DNA from: Acidobacteriota bacterium
GTDB taxonomy: Bacteria; Acidobacteriota; Terriglobia; Terriglobales; Acidobacteriaceae
Assembly: GCA_021805265.1 (NCBI GenBank)
Contig: JAJZFR010000271.1
Span: forward strand, 1-35,465
Length of the DNA stretch: 35,465 nucleotides
Reading direction: 5' to 3'
Shown here piece by piece: positions 1-9,192 of this stretch. The translations under genes and the position numbers were made by a program. The notes under the pieces are model-generated. The model did no database searches, had not been told where the DNA came from, and was given only the letters and a program-made list of their open reading frames with translations. Each line of letters begins with the position of its first letter. Position 1 is the first letter of the stretch.

Positions 1-923
1 ATCGTTGGCAGGTGATGGCGCTGACCAAGAGCGAAGTCATTCGCATCATGGGCGGGCGTTACTTTGACCGCGCCGGTGCCGAAGTCGCGGCTGACCCAGT
101 CATCGAGAACAATTGGAATCGCTCGACTGACGAGCGGGAGCAACAGCTTCTTGCCGTGAAGATGGCGATAGCGTTCATCCTCGGGGTGGATAGCCACAGC
201 GACATCGCCAAGCAGGGTTTCGGGGCGCGTGGTAGCGATGGTGAGGAACTGATCGGCTTCTCCGACAATGGGATACCGAATCTCCCAGAGTTTGCCACTC
301 TGCTCTTCATGCACGACTTCAAGATCGCTGATGGCGGTCTGGCAGCGCGGACACCAATTGACGATGTATGCACCACGATAGATCAGCCCCTGCTCATGCA
401 GGCGCACAAAAGCCTCGCGCACTGCGACGGAAAGATTGTCGTCCATGGTGAAGTATTCGCGTGCCCAGTCTACCGACGCACCGAGCCGCTTCATCTGGTC
501 AAGGATGGCTCCGCCATAGAGCTTTTTCCACTCCCAGACGCGATCAAGAAACGCCGCACGGCCAAGCTCCTGACGAGTGAGGCCCTGTTCGGCCAACTGT
601 CGCTCGACCATCATCTGCGTGGCGATGCCAGCGTGATCGGTTCCAGGAATCCACAGTGCTTTACGCTCGCGCATTCGCTGCCAGCGCGTGAGGATGTCCA
701 TCTCCGTCTGGTTGAGCATGTGGCCCATGTGGAGACGTCCTGTAACGTTCGGCGGCGGCAGCAGGATGGTGAACGGACGCTTGTATTCGTCCCCAGCCAC
801 GTCCAGCACAGTCTGTCCTGGACTTTGCGTGGGCGGAGTAAAAATCCGTTCGCGGACCCAGTATTCCGCCCAGCGATCTTCGATAGTTGTCGGGTCGTAT
901 GCTTTTGGCAGGTCGTGTGGCAT
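1..923 (-). CDS. valS: Valine--tRNA ligase, N-terminal part (continues beyond the window start)
   Basis: Not in the ORF track. Hand translation of the minus strand from ATG 923 gives [11 protein letters not shown]...[13 protein letters not shown] (HIGH-type motif)...[11 protein letters not shown]...[16 protein letters not shown]...[11 protein letters not shown]...[13 protein letters not shown], all ValRS signatures. Confidence 0.97.
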   Translation of the reverse strand, partial: MPHDLPKAYDPTTIEDRWAEYWVRERIFTPPTQSPGQTVLDVAGDEYKRPFTILLPPPNVTGRLHMGHMLNQTEMDILTRWQRMRERKALWIPGTDHAGIATQMMVERQLAEQGLTRQELGRAAFLDRVWEWKKLYGGAILDQMKRLGASVDWAREYFTMDDNLSVAVREAFVRLHEQGLIYRGAYIVNWCPRCQTAISDLEVVHEEQSGKLWEIRYPIVGEADQFLTIATTRPETLLGDVAVAIHPEDERYRHLHGKKLLLPLVSRAIPIVLDDWVSRDFGTGAVKVTPAHDANDFALGQRHHLPT

Positions 924-1370
924 GGGTCCCTGATAGCCCGCTCCGTGGTCGGGTTTGTAATCTTGCTATTTGTTTGGTCGGGTAGATCGGGCTTATATTT
1001 CCCTATTCTCCGCCCTCGGTCAATCCTAAATCATTCGATCAATTGCGATAAGGCCGCAACCGACTTCCCAAGGCATTCCAGATTGATGGTTATCTGGCGA
1101 AGAATCGCTTGACCGTGGGCCTGGAAGGAAAACAATGTTGCGGCGCATGGCGTTGAAATACCGGAGAATGGTTTGACGCAGCAATCAGTCAAGACAAGAT
1201 ATGGGTTTCGACGCGCTTGATCGAGTTCATTTCAGGGAAGCAGAAATCTACTCCGTGTTATTCTGATCTCATCCTGTGCGTGGTTTGATGCGGAATTGGC
1301 AGTTGGTGAATATGCCTGTCCGGTTCGGTTATGCCTTTCTCGATGTAGATAAAAAGGTGATGAAATAAGC

Positions 1371-2351
1371 ATGAAAAGAGCTTCAGCATGGATCGCGGGA
1401 ATTCTTCTTGTCGCGGGTGTGCTTTCGTTGGGAGCAAGCGCTCAGCAGGAAGACCTCGTAGCGTCATCCGCTAAGCCGGAACTGTTGGGCCTGGCACCTG
1501 GGGACGTTCTTAAAGTTGACATGTACGATTTCCCTGAAATCAAAAGTGAGATTGATGTCAGCGTCAGCAGTGACGGTGCGATTACACTTCCCTATGCTGG
1601 CCCCGTAAAGATAGCTGGAATGATGCCAGACCAGGCCGAGCAGGCAATTGATCACACGCTTCAAGCTAAAAATATTGTCAAAGACCCCAGTGTGACTCTG
1701 AGCGTGGTTTCTTCACAGAACCTCAGCGTTTACGTAACCGGGGAGGTGCGCAAGCCAACTACCGTCCCGCTTATGGCTCCTTCCCCGCTATCCTATGTGC
1801 TTGCCCAGACAGAAGGGTTTACCGGCTTCGATGGACGACATATCACGATCCTTCATCGCACAAACATGTTACCCACGCTGCTCGACTTTGACTCGCAACA
1901 GCCGTCTGCGCAAACCATGCATACCCTTGTGTATCCAGGTGACATTATCAACGTGGAACATATCGGAAGCATATTCATGGTTGGCGAGCTGCAAAAGCCC
2001 GGCACCTATCCACTCACCGGAGGATATAGCGCGGGTGCTGGCCTGACTGGTCCGGGATCCCTTCGGCATTTGACACTGCTACAAGCCCTTTCCATGTCGG
2101 GCGGTGTCACAGAGATCGCAGCCCGCTCGAAATCCATGTTGCTGCGCGCGAAGCCCGACGGAACTCGCGAGAAGATCATGATCGACGTTGTGAAACTGGA
2201 AAAGGGAGAAATCGCAGATCCGGTCCTGCGCGCAGGAGATATTTTTTACGTCCCATCCAGTTATCTCCGCAACCTGACCAACAATTTGTTTATGAATTTG
2301 GTAAATGCATTGTATGTACTTCCGGCCCTTACCGTGGTTGGAGTCCCCTAG
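1371..2351 (+). CDS. Polysaccharide export protein (Wza/OPX-like; Poly_export plus SLBB domains)
   Basis: Signal peptide without a lipobox Cys; LAPGDVLKV...VSSDGAITLPYAGPVKIAG Poly_export motif; SLBB repeats VYVTGEVRKP and IFMVGELQKPGTY; DPVLRAGDIFYVP; amphipathic C-terminus. Confidence 0.9.
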   Translation: MKRASAWIAGILLVAGVLSLGASAQQEDLVASSAKPELLGLAPGDVLKVDMYDFPEIKSEIDVSVSSDGAITLPYAGPVKIAGMMPDQAEQAIDHTLQAKNIVKDPSVTLSVVSSQNLSVYVTGEVRKPTTVPLMAPSPLSYVLAQTEGFTGFDGRHITILHRTNMLPTLLDFDSQQPSAQTMHTLVYPGDIINVEHIGSIFMVGELQKPGTYPLTGGYSAGAGLTGPGSLRHLTLLQALSMSGGVTEIAARSKSMLLRAKPDGTREKIMIDVVKLEKGEIADPVLRAGDIFYVPSSYLRNLTNNLFMNLVNALYVLPALTVVGVP

Positions 2352-2538
2352 CTTCCGCATAGTCGGGCAATGCATGTGTAGTGAACTTGGGCGTAAGCTG
2401 CATTGCTGATGCTTAAGCGTGCTTCTATAGCCCCAACCCTCCGGATGCGAGATCGCACGGGTGGAGGGGGCAGGTTTCGAATGGCACTCTTCGTCCAGGC
2501 TGTGCCATCTCGACCTGCCGGATACCAAGTACAAATTT

Positions 2539-3501
2539 ATGGCTCAAGGCGCTAACTTTCTTCACAGACTACTCCACATCGCAGGGTTGTTTCTGGGATG
2601 TTTGCTGATTTGCACTCTCGGAGCAGAGGCGATTCTGCGATTTGCTCTGGGACTGGGCAACCCTGTCTTGATAGCTGCGGATCCTGCATGTAGGTACATT
2701 CTCAAGCCAGACCAGAACGTTTATCGATTTTTCGGCCACGTAAGCATCAATCATTTTGGCATGCGTTCGGAGGCAGTTCCGAAGCAGCGTACACCTGGTA
2801 CGCTACGTGTCCTGTTTGTCGGCGACTCAATGACCTACGGGACGACACAGGTTGACCAGCGCGAGATTTTTTCGGAGCGTGTCCATACCGCACTGCCGGG
2901 AATTATTCATCGCCCGGTTGAGGTGTTGAATGCGTCCGCTGGAGCGTGGGCACCAGCTAATGAGCTTGCATATCTTCGATCACGAGGGACGTTTCAAGCC
3001 GATGTTGTCGTACTTGTGCTTAACGACGGGGACATCTCGCAACCCATGTCTTCAATGCGAGATGTTGGTGACGCTCTTCCCCATGTCAAGCCATCGAGCG
3101 CAATTGGTGAGTTATACGAACGGTATCTTAAAGTTCACATCTTCCACGTCAAGCCAAAAATAGACGCCGGAGATAGCGTGAAACTCGATGCCAGTAGCGT
3201 CGTGCAGGAAAATCTCCAGGTCTTTGATCAGATTCAGCAATTGGTCGCTCGCTCGGGAGCGCGCCTTGTAGTTCTGTTTGTGCCTTTCCGACTTGATTTT
3301 CCAGAGATCGTGCGACAGCCCGAAACTACTATTACAGCCTGGACAGCAACCCACCATGTACCGTTGATTGACCTCTCGGCGACAGAGGCACTTTACCCCG
3401 CGAAAGAGATAACCCTGGATGGAATACACCTCAACTCGAAAGGCAACAGCATTGTTGCTCAGGCAGTCGAAGCATCATGGGCTCACTTGGTCGGGCAGTA
3501 A
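2539..3501 (+). CDS. Membrane-anchored SGNH/GDSL hydrolase, probably polysaccharide O-acetylation or deacetylation
   Basis: N-terminal TM helix; SGNH blocks VLFVGDSMTYG, NASAGAW, LNDGD and DGIHLN. Start set at ATG 2539 rather than the ORF-track GTG 2461. Confidence 0.85.
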   Translation: MAQGANFLHRLLHIAGLFLGCLLICTLGAEAILRFALGLGNPVLIAADPACRYILKPDQNVYRFFGHVSINHFGMRSEAVPKQRTPGTLRVLFVGDSMTYGTTQVDQREIFSERVHTALPGIIHRPVEVLNASAGAWAPANELAYLRSRGTFQADVVVLVLNDGDISQPMSSMRDVGDALPHVKPSSAIGELYERYLKVHIFHVKPKIDAGDSVKLDASSVVQENLQVFDQIQQLVARSGARLVVLFVPFRLDFPEIVRQPETTITAWTATHHVPLIDLSATEALYPAKEITLDGIHLNSKGNSIVAQAVEASWAHLVGQ

Positions 3502-4051
3502 GTAATTCTTCTTCTGGCAGGTTGTGAAATGAAGCAGGTTGCGACTGAATATCTTCGAAAGGTGTGAACGGAAGCGCGATCCTGGTAGTAGCGGTTCAGT
3601 TCGTTGAGTTCAGGAATACACTGCCTCAGCGTCCTCTCTAAGCCAAGGACATTCCATGGTATTCTGATTGTACATATCGGTTGCACATTGCTGACGGTTA
3701 ACGTGAGATTTTATGTTGAAGCTATGATTCTGGGTTGATAAGTTCAGAAATTGATTGCTTGTAGCATACAGTACTCGGCAATCTCAATATCCAAGACAAA
3801 TAGCGAACCGGTTTTCAACATTGTTCTGGTGCTTTATGGGCAGAGTAGCTAATGCCCAGACAAAAGGTTCTGTGGATACGGTCTGAGTCGATGGATGTAT
3901 GACAATCTGTTATGCGCAACAGTAGTCCGAGAATTGCAACTGATGAGATATCGCTCATGGTTAAGACTCCGGGCCAGGGTTTATGTATCTCAGGAGGCTT
4001 CCTGGCTTTCTGCGGTTCCACGATACACGGACGCGGATGGATATTGATTGA

Positions 4052-5476
4052 ATGGGTACCGTGGTCACTCGGTTTCAGTCGAAGCAGAAGGATATGGTTC
4101 AGAATTTGGCTACTGCTCTCCAGTTGCCACAAGACGCTAAAGTCGTAACCATCGAGCGTCCGCATGTGCGCTTGATGGCTCGGCTGTTCTTCGCAACTTT
4201 CTGGCTGATCATTTTTACGGGCGCAATACGCAAGTGGATGTTTCCAAATTCGAACGCACTCTATCTGCTTCAGGACGTACCGATTGCGATAGCTTATACC
4301 TATGCGCTGATAACGGGGCAATTTACGCGCTCTCTGGTCTTGATTGGTATTTGCATTCTCAGTGTCATCCTGGTGATGCAAGCTCTGCTGCAGATAGTAC
4401 TAATCGGACTCTCGCCATTGACGGCCGTTGTGGGACTTCATCACTATCTCTTCTATCTACCTATGCTCGTAGTCTTTCCAGTCGTTCTTGATGCAGACAC
4501 AAGGCGGGATTTCGTTCGCTGGAATCTATTTCTTGCTTTGCCGATGTGCGCCTTAGGAATCGCGCAGTCAGTCTCGCCCAGTAATGCATTTGTTAATCAA
4601 AGTACTGCCGGTGGAGCTATGATTATTCCGGAAGGGGGCATTTCGCGAGGCACCGGAACCTTCAATTTCACTTCCTTCTACGCCTTATGGCTGGGACTGG
4701 TATTTGCACTTTGTATCGGTGAATGGCTTCTGCCGCAGGAAGGAAGAAGTTTGAAGAGCAGAAGCCTCCACATCGCCTGCACAACGGCAGTGCTTCTTTC
4801 CGCGCTTGTCAGTGCCGAGCGCACGGCGCTTGGATTTCTGCTGGTCGCAGTTTTGGGCGGGATATTGGCCTCTGTCCTGCTCGGGGCAACACGCCCGCTG
4901 CTGGTTATGGTGATGCTGATAGCTATGTTGCCTATCGGGGCTGGCCTAACTGCTCTTATATCCCCGGATGAGTATGCGGCGTTCAACAATCGCATTACCA
5001 ACTCGGACAATATCGACGACGGGAAGTCGCGCATTTCCAATACGCTGGTCGGGTTTCTTGTGGTGGACTTTAATCCGGTCGGCGCTGGTATTGGAATGGG
5101 CATCGATGCAGCGCATATAGGGGAAGTAGGCGGTTACGACGCAACTTACCAGTTGGCGGAGCAGGACATCATTCGCACGGTCATGGAATTGGGAACTTTT
5201 ACTGGACTAATCTACGCATTTGTCCGCATCGGTTTTGTCGTAGCCTTGATCCTGTTAGCCGTCAGCCTGGTCCGAAGACGCTGCTCGCCACATGTTCTCC
5301 CTTTAGCCTTCGTTGTTTTCGGTCAGGGGTACATGGGGGACATGACTCGCTATGGTACGATGACCACAACTCAGATGATGATGGGGGCTGCTTTTATCCT
5401 TGGCGTTTTCTATTTTCCGGACAATTTCCCTGCCATTCAAGATAGTAACGGCAAGACCATGACGAGGTTCGCGTGA
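4052..5476 (+). CDS. Multi-pass membrane protein, putative Wzy polymerase / O-antigen ligase-like
   Basis: About 10-12 hydrophobic segments; R-x-x-GTF loop (SRGTGTFNF), SAERTA, GAGIGMG; located inside the EPS cluster with its stop overlapping the wzc start. Confidence 0.7.
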   Translation: MGTVVTRFQSKQKDMVQNLATALQLPQDAKVVTIERPHVRLMARLFFATFWLIIFTGAIRKWMFPNSNALYLLQDVPIAIAYTYALITGQFTRSLVLIGICILSVILVMQALLQIVLIGLSPLTAVVGLHHYLFYLPMLVVFPVVLDADTRRDFVRWNLFLALPMCALGIAQSVSPSNAFVNQSTAGGAMIIPEGGISRGTGTFNFTSFYALWLGLVFALCIGEWLLPQEGRSLKSRSLHIACTTAVLLSALVSAERTALGFLLVAVLGGILASVLLGATRPLLVMVMLIAMLPIGAGLTALISPDEYAAFNNRITNSDNIDDGKSRISNTLVGFLVVDFNPVGAGIGMGIDAAHIGEVGGYDATYQLAEQDIIRTVMELGTFTGLIYAFVRIGFVVALILLAVSLVRRRCSPHVLPLAFVVFGQGYMGDMTRYGTMTTTQMMMGAAFILGVFYFPDNFPAIQDSNGKTMTRFA

Positions 5477-7695
5477 CGAAATTTCCGAGCTTAGGAACGA
5501 ACCAGTTTTCCGATAACTCGATTCGTATCGCCGACATTTCGCGTGTTCTTCGCAAATACGGCATTTACATATTAGGTTCGACCATTTTAGGGGCGATTCT
5601 GGCTGCTACATGGGCACACTTTCAGCCCAGCCTTTACGATGCGACATCGATGATTCATCTCGATCAACATAGTTCAATCAGCATCGGTCCAGCCGGCGCC
5701 AGCACCGATGAGTATGCGCTCAAACTCCAGACGCAGATTGTTGGATTACGGAATCCCGACGTCGCCATCGCGACGATGAAAAAATTGAAGTTGCCACAGA
5801 ATCCCATATTCAATCCCTCACTTCAGCAGGATTTAGTGAGCCCAGCGAGCCGTGATCGATTAGTCGCAATGTTTCTCGGCTCGCTCAAAATAACCAGAGT
5901 GCCGCAGACGGAACTTATTTCAGTTACCTTTCGCAGCAAGAACCCTGTTTTATCGGCGATTGTGGTCAATACTCTTGTGGATGAGTATTTTGAAGAGAGC
6001 TTCGAGCAGCGTTACCGAAGCACCCAGGATATCAGCCGATATTTAACGACCCGCCTCGAAACGTTGCAGTCAAAGATTCAGGGCGAGCAGAACGAGTTGA
6101 TGACCAGTGGACTGAAACTCGGAATCATAGACATCGGAAGTGGCTCAAATGCAACCAGCGGCACTTCCTCCATTGGAACCAGCACGCTGGTTGTTGAAAC
6201 GTCTGGTCTTTTAGACCAGCGAGTCAAGGCGCAGGCGGATTTATATCTGGCGCAGGCAGAGTTCCAGAATCTCCAGGAACATCAGGATGCGGTACCTCCG
6301 GCGGATGTGCCAGGAAGCCTGGAAATGAGTACCCTGATCGCATCGTTATCAACCGCAAAGGGTCAGTTGGCATCCCTGGAGCAACGATACGGCAGTAACT
6401 ATCCAGGTCTCGGTCAGGTGAACGCTGAGGTGAGCAGCTATGAGCATGACATAGCAGAGCTTCACTCCAAACTGGTGCAGAGTGCCAAGCAGAATGTTAA
6501 TCGTGCGCAAAGTGTAGTAGATAGCCTTAACAATCGGATCGAAGCACTGAAACAGCAGTCCGAGGGAAGCACTCCCGAGATAGTTCACTATGAAGTTCTC
6601 AAGTCGCAGTACATGAGCGACCAGACACTGTACAACGTATTGCTCTCGACGCTTGGCACTGGCGAGATACAGGCAGGGATGCAAACCCAGGTACTGAACC
6701 GGTTTGTTACAGCGGATGTACCTGGCTCTCGCGCATATCCTCGTGTCGGCCTGACGGGCATGGTGGGCGGCTTTGGAGGAATGGTTCTTTCCTTCATGAT
6801 CGTGGGCATCGTTGTTTTCAGCAGTGATACAGTCGAGACAATCGAGCAGATTGAAGAGGCACTGCCAGTACCGATACTTGCCTCCGTCCCAGAGTACAAA
6901 GATGAGTTAACTTCGCGGGCGTCCGCCGGGGAAGGAATTTCCTTGATAACTCTACTGGCACCCCGATCAGCCAGCGCAGAGGCCTATCGACTGCTTCGCA
7001 CTTCGATTTCACTGATGCCAATCAGTCAGAAACACCGCGTGATTGCACTCACGAGCGGTGGACCAGGAGAAGGCAAATCAACGTCAGCGTTGAATCTCGC
7101 AGTCGTCCTTGCAACACAGTCAAAGCGCGTATTGCTCATTGATGCTGATCTCCGCAAGCCTACAATTGCCCAGCGGTTAAAGATGAACGCAACAGACCAG
7201 CCGGGCTTGAGTCGTTACCTGAGTGACTCTTCTGTAACTCCAGAAGACTGCGTTCAACGCGTTACAGAGATACCAGGGATCGATGTGATGCCGGTTCAGG
7301 AGATACCACCCTTTCCATCCGAGTTGCTGAGTCAGGGGCGACTCGAAGGACTTCTGGCATGGGCACGAGATCATTATGACTACGTATTGATTGATACGCC
7401 ACCCATTTTGCTTGTTACCGACGCTCTGATCATCGCCAATCACTGCGATACCCTGCTAGTTGTTGCTCGAATAGGCGTCGCTCAGAAAAGGGGTTTATTC
7501 CGAATCAGGCAGGATCTTGCGAAATATCCAAGCAAACAGACTGGCATTATTGTGAATGCGCTTCCGTTTTCTGACACATACTACAGAGGCTATGGAAATT
7601 ACAGGAAGTACTATGGAACCGGATACGGGGGTGAATCCGGCGATTACTACAGTTCTGGTTATCTTTCTTCCGCCAAAAAGAAAAAAACTCAGTAG
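5473..7695 (+). CDS. wzc: Polysaccharide co-polymerase / tyrosine autokinase (Wzc/GumC-like)
   Basis: Two TM helices around a coiled-coil; EAYRLLRT; Walker A GPGEGKS; LLIDADLRKP; VLIDTPP; Tyr-rich tail (YYRGYGNYRKYYGTGY...YY). GTG start overlaps the upstream stop (GTGA). Confidence 0.93.
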   Translation: MTKFPSLGTNQFSDNSIRIADISRVLRKYGIYILGSTILGAILAATWAHFQPSLYDATSMIHLDQHSSISIGPAGASTDEYALKLQTQIVGLRNPDVAIATMKKLKLPQNPIFNPSLQQDLVSPASRDRLVAMFLGSLKITRVPQTELISVTFRSKNPVLSAIVVNTLVDEYFEESFEQRYRSTQDISRYLTTRLETLQSKIQGEQNELMTSGLKLGIIDIGSGSNATSGTSSIGTSTLVVETSGLLDQRVKAQADLYLAQAEFQNLQEHQDAVPPADVPGSLEMSTLIASLSTAKGQLASLEQRYGSNYPGLGQVNAEVSSYEHDIAELHSKLVQSAKQNVNRAQSVVDSLNNRIEALKQQSEGSTPEIVHYEVLKSQYMSDQTLYNVLLSTLGTGEIQAGMQTQVLNRFVTADVPGSRAYPRVGLTGMVGGFGGMVLSFMIVGIVVFSSDTVETIEQIEEALPVPILASVPEYKDELTSRASAGEGISLITLLAPRSASAEAYRLLRTSISLMPISQKHRVIALTSGGPGEGKSTSALNLAVVLATQSKRVLLIDADLRKPTIAQRLKMNATDQPGLSRYLSDSSVTPEDCVQRVTEIPGIDVMPVQEIPPFPSELLSQGRLEGLLAWARDHYDYVLIDTPPILLVTDALIIANHCDTLLVVARIGVAQKRGLFRIRQDLAKYPSKQTGIIVNALPFSDTYYRGYGNYRKYYGTGYGGESGDYYSSGYLSSAKKKKTQ

Positions 7696-7835
7696 CTTTT
7701 GAGTTATTCTTTGTCTTGGGCGAGCGATGGACAGACTGCCAACGTGGAATGTGATCAGATAGGAAACAGATGTTCACCAGCTACCTGCGCCCAAATCGTA
7801 CAACTAGCCCTTCGGGTCCGAAGGCGTAGGGTTGC

Positions 7836-9155
7836 ATGTCCAAGCTGACAGTCGCGAAAGGATTCTTTCTTTCAAAGAGCCGTCATGTAATGCACTTCGT
7901 TGTGAACCAGGGAATTGCAGTGATGGGCAACCTGGTTTATGGGTTGCTTTGTGTGCGGCTGCTTCCTGTATATGATTACGCAAAATTTGCAATCATCTTC
8001 GGGTTCATGGGCACACTCACCGTGCTCATGGACTCCGTTACGACTGGAACACTGGCCCCACTTATTGGCGAAAACATTGATGATCTGGGGAGAATTGCGA
8101 ACTACGTTGCTTCCGTTCGCAAGCTGACCACTCGCGTTTTTGTTTTTCTTGCCCCCGTAGCAGCCATTGCCCTGTTACTTGTCTTGAGAAAGCAACCCTG
8201 GGCCTTATCGACCGACCTTCAGATAGCGGGAGCTGTCCTGCTTATATCGTGGTTTGCACGGGTGGGTGGAACTTACTCTTCCGTTTTGCTGATTCGCCGC
8301 GATCGGATGAGTTACTATCGGATTCAGATCCTTGGAAGTCTGGGTTCGCTCGCATTGCTGGTTATGCTGTGGTCCATGCACCGAGTAAGTTTATACGCAT
8401 GTGTGCTGCTCAACATATCTCAAGTGACGTTCTGTGCCCTCGGGTATTTTCGGCGCGCTTATCAAATACTCGGAACGCGCGGAGTTCCGACGGTCATGTT
8501 TCAGCGCGCGATTGTTCACCTGGCGCTGCCTAGTGTTCCTGGCACAGTTTTTTACGCTCTTCAAGGACAGATCACTTTACTGCTTATTACATTGCTTGGG
8601 CATAGCTCAACGAGCATAGCAAATCTTGGCGCGCTTTCGAGGTTGGGCCAGATACTTACCTTTGCCAGTCAAATGAACCCGGTTTTGATCGAACCATTTT
8701 TCGCTCGGCTTCGTAGAAATCAAGTGAAATCGATGTACATGCTAGCATTTGTTCTGGCAGTGACGGGTGTCAGCATATTTACAATTCTCGCCTTTATGTA
8801 TCCTCAGACCTTTCTGTGGATTCTTGGCCCCAACTATCGAGAATTGCGTTTGGAAGCTGGTTTGGTGGTGTGCGGATCATCGATTTATTTTCTGGCTGGA
8901 TTTCTGACAGTTATTCATACATCCAGGCGTTTCGTGTACTGGTGGAGCAATATTGCAAATATAGTTCTGATCCTTTCGGTTCAGATATTCTTTATCTTGC
9001 GCTTCGACCTATCAACGGTTCGTAACCTGCTGGAGATGAATATTGGCACTGCCACTGCTTCCCTTGTGGTTTGTATCTCTGTGGGTATCTTCGGGTTGAC
9101 GTTTGGACCGCAGAAGGCGCTGAATGAAGTCCCTTCGGAGGAAGACAGCGCATAA
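7836..9155 (+). CDS. Putative Wzx flippase (polysaccharide transporter)
   Basis: 439 aa with about 12 TM segments; N-terminal pattern VRLLPVYDYAKFAII typical of PST/Wzx; last gene of the EPS cluster. Confidence 0.75.
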   Translation: MSKLTVAKGFFLSKSRHVMHFVVNQGIAVMGNLVYGLLCVRLLPVYDYAKFAIIFGFMGTLTVLMDSVTTGTLAPLIGENIDDLGRIANYVASVRKLTTRVFVFLAPVAAIALLLVLRKQPWALSTDLQIAGAVLLISWFARVGGTYSSVLLIRRDRMSYYRIQILGSLGSLALLVMLWSMHRVSLYACVLLNISQVTFCALGYFRRAYQILGTRGVPTVMFQRAIVHLALPSVPGTVFYALQGQITLLLITLLGHSSTSIANLGALSRLGQILTFASQMNPVLIEPFFARLRRNQVKSMYMLAFVLAVTGVSIFTILAFMYPQTFLWILGPNYRELRLEAGLVVCGSSIYFLAGFLTVIHTSRRFVYWWSNIANIVLILSVQIFFILRFDLSTVRNLLEMNIGTATASLVVCISVGIFGLTFGPQKALNEVPSEEDSA

Positions 9156-9192
9156 ATAGAGCCAATGCCGGAGTCACGCCAGCAGAGTTATC

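Noticed and set aside
12-1112. 366-aa plus-strand ORF
   Set aside because: Antisense shadow of valS, which carries all the recognisable motifs.
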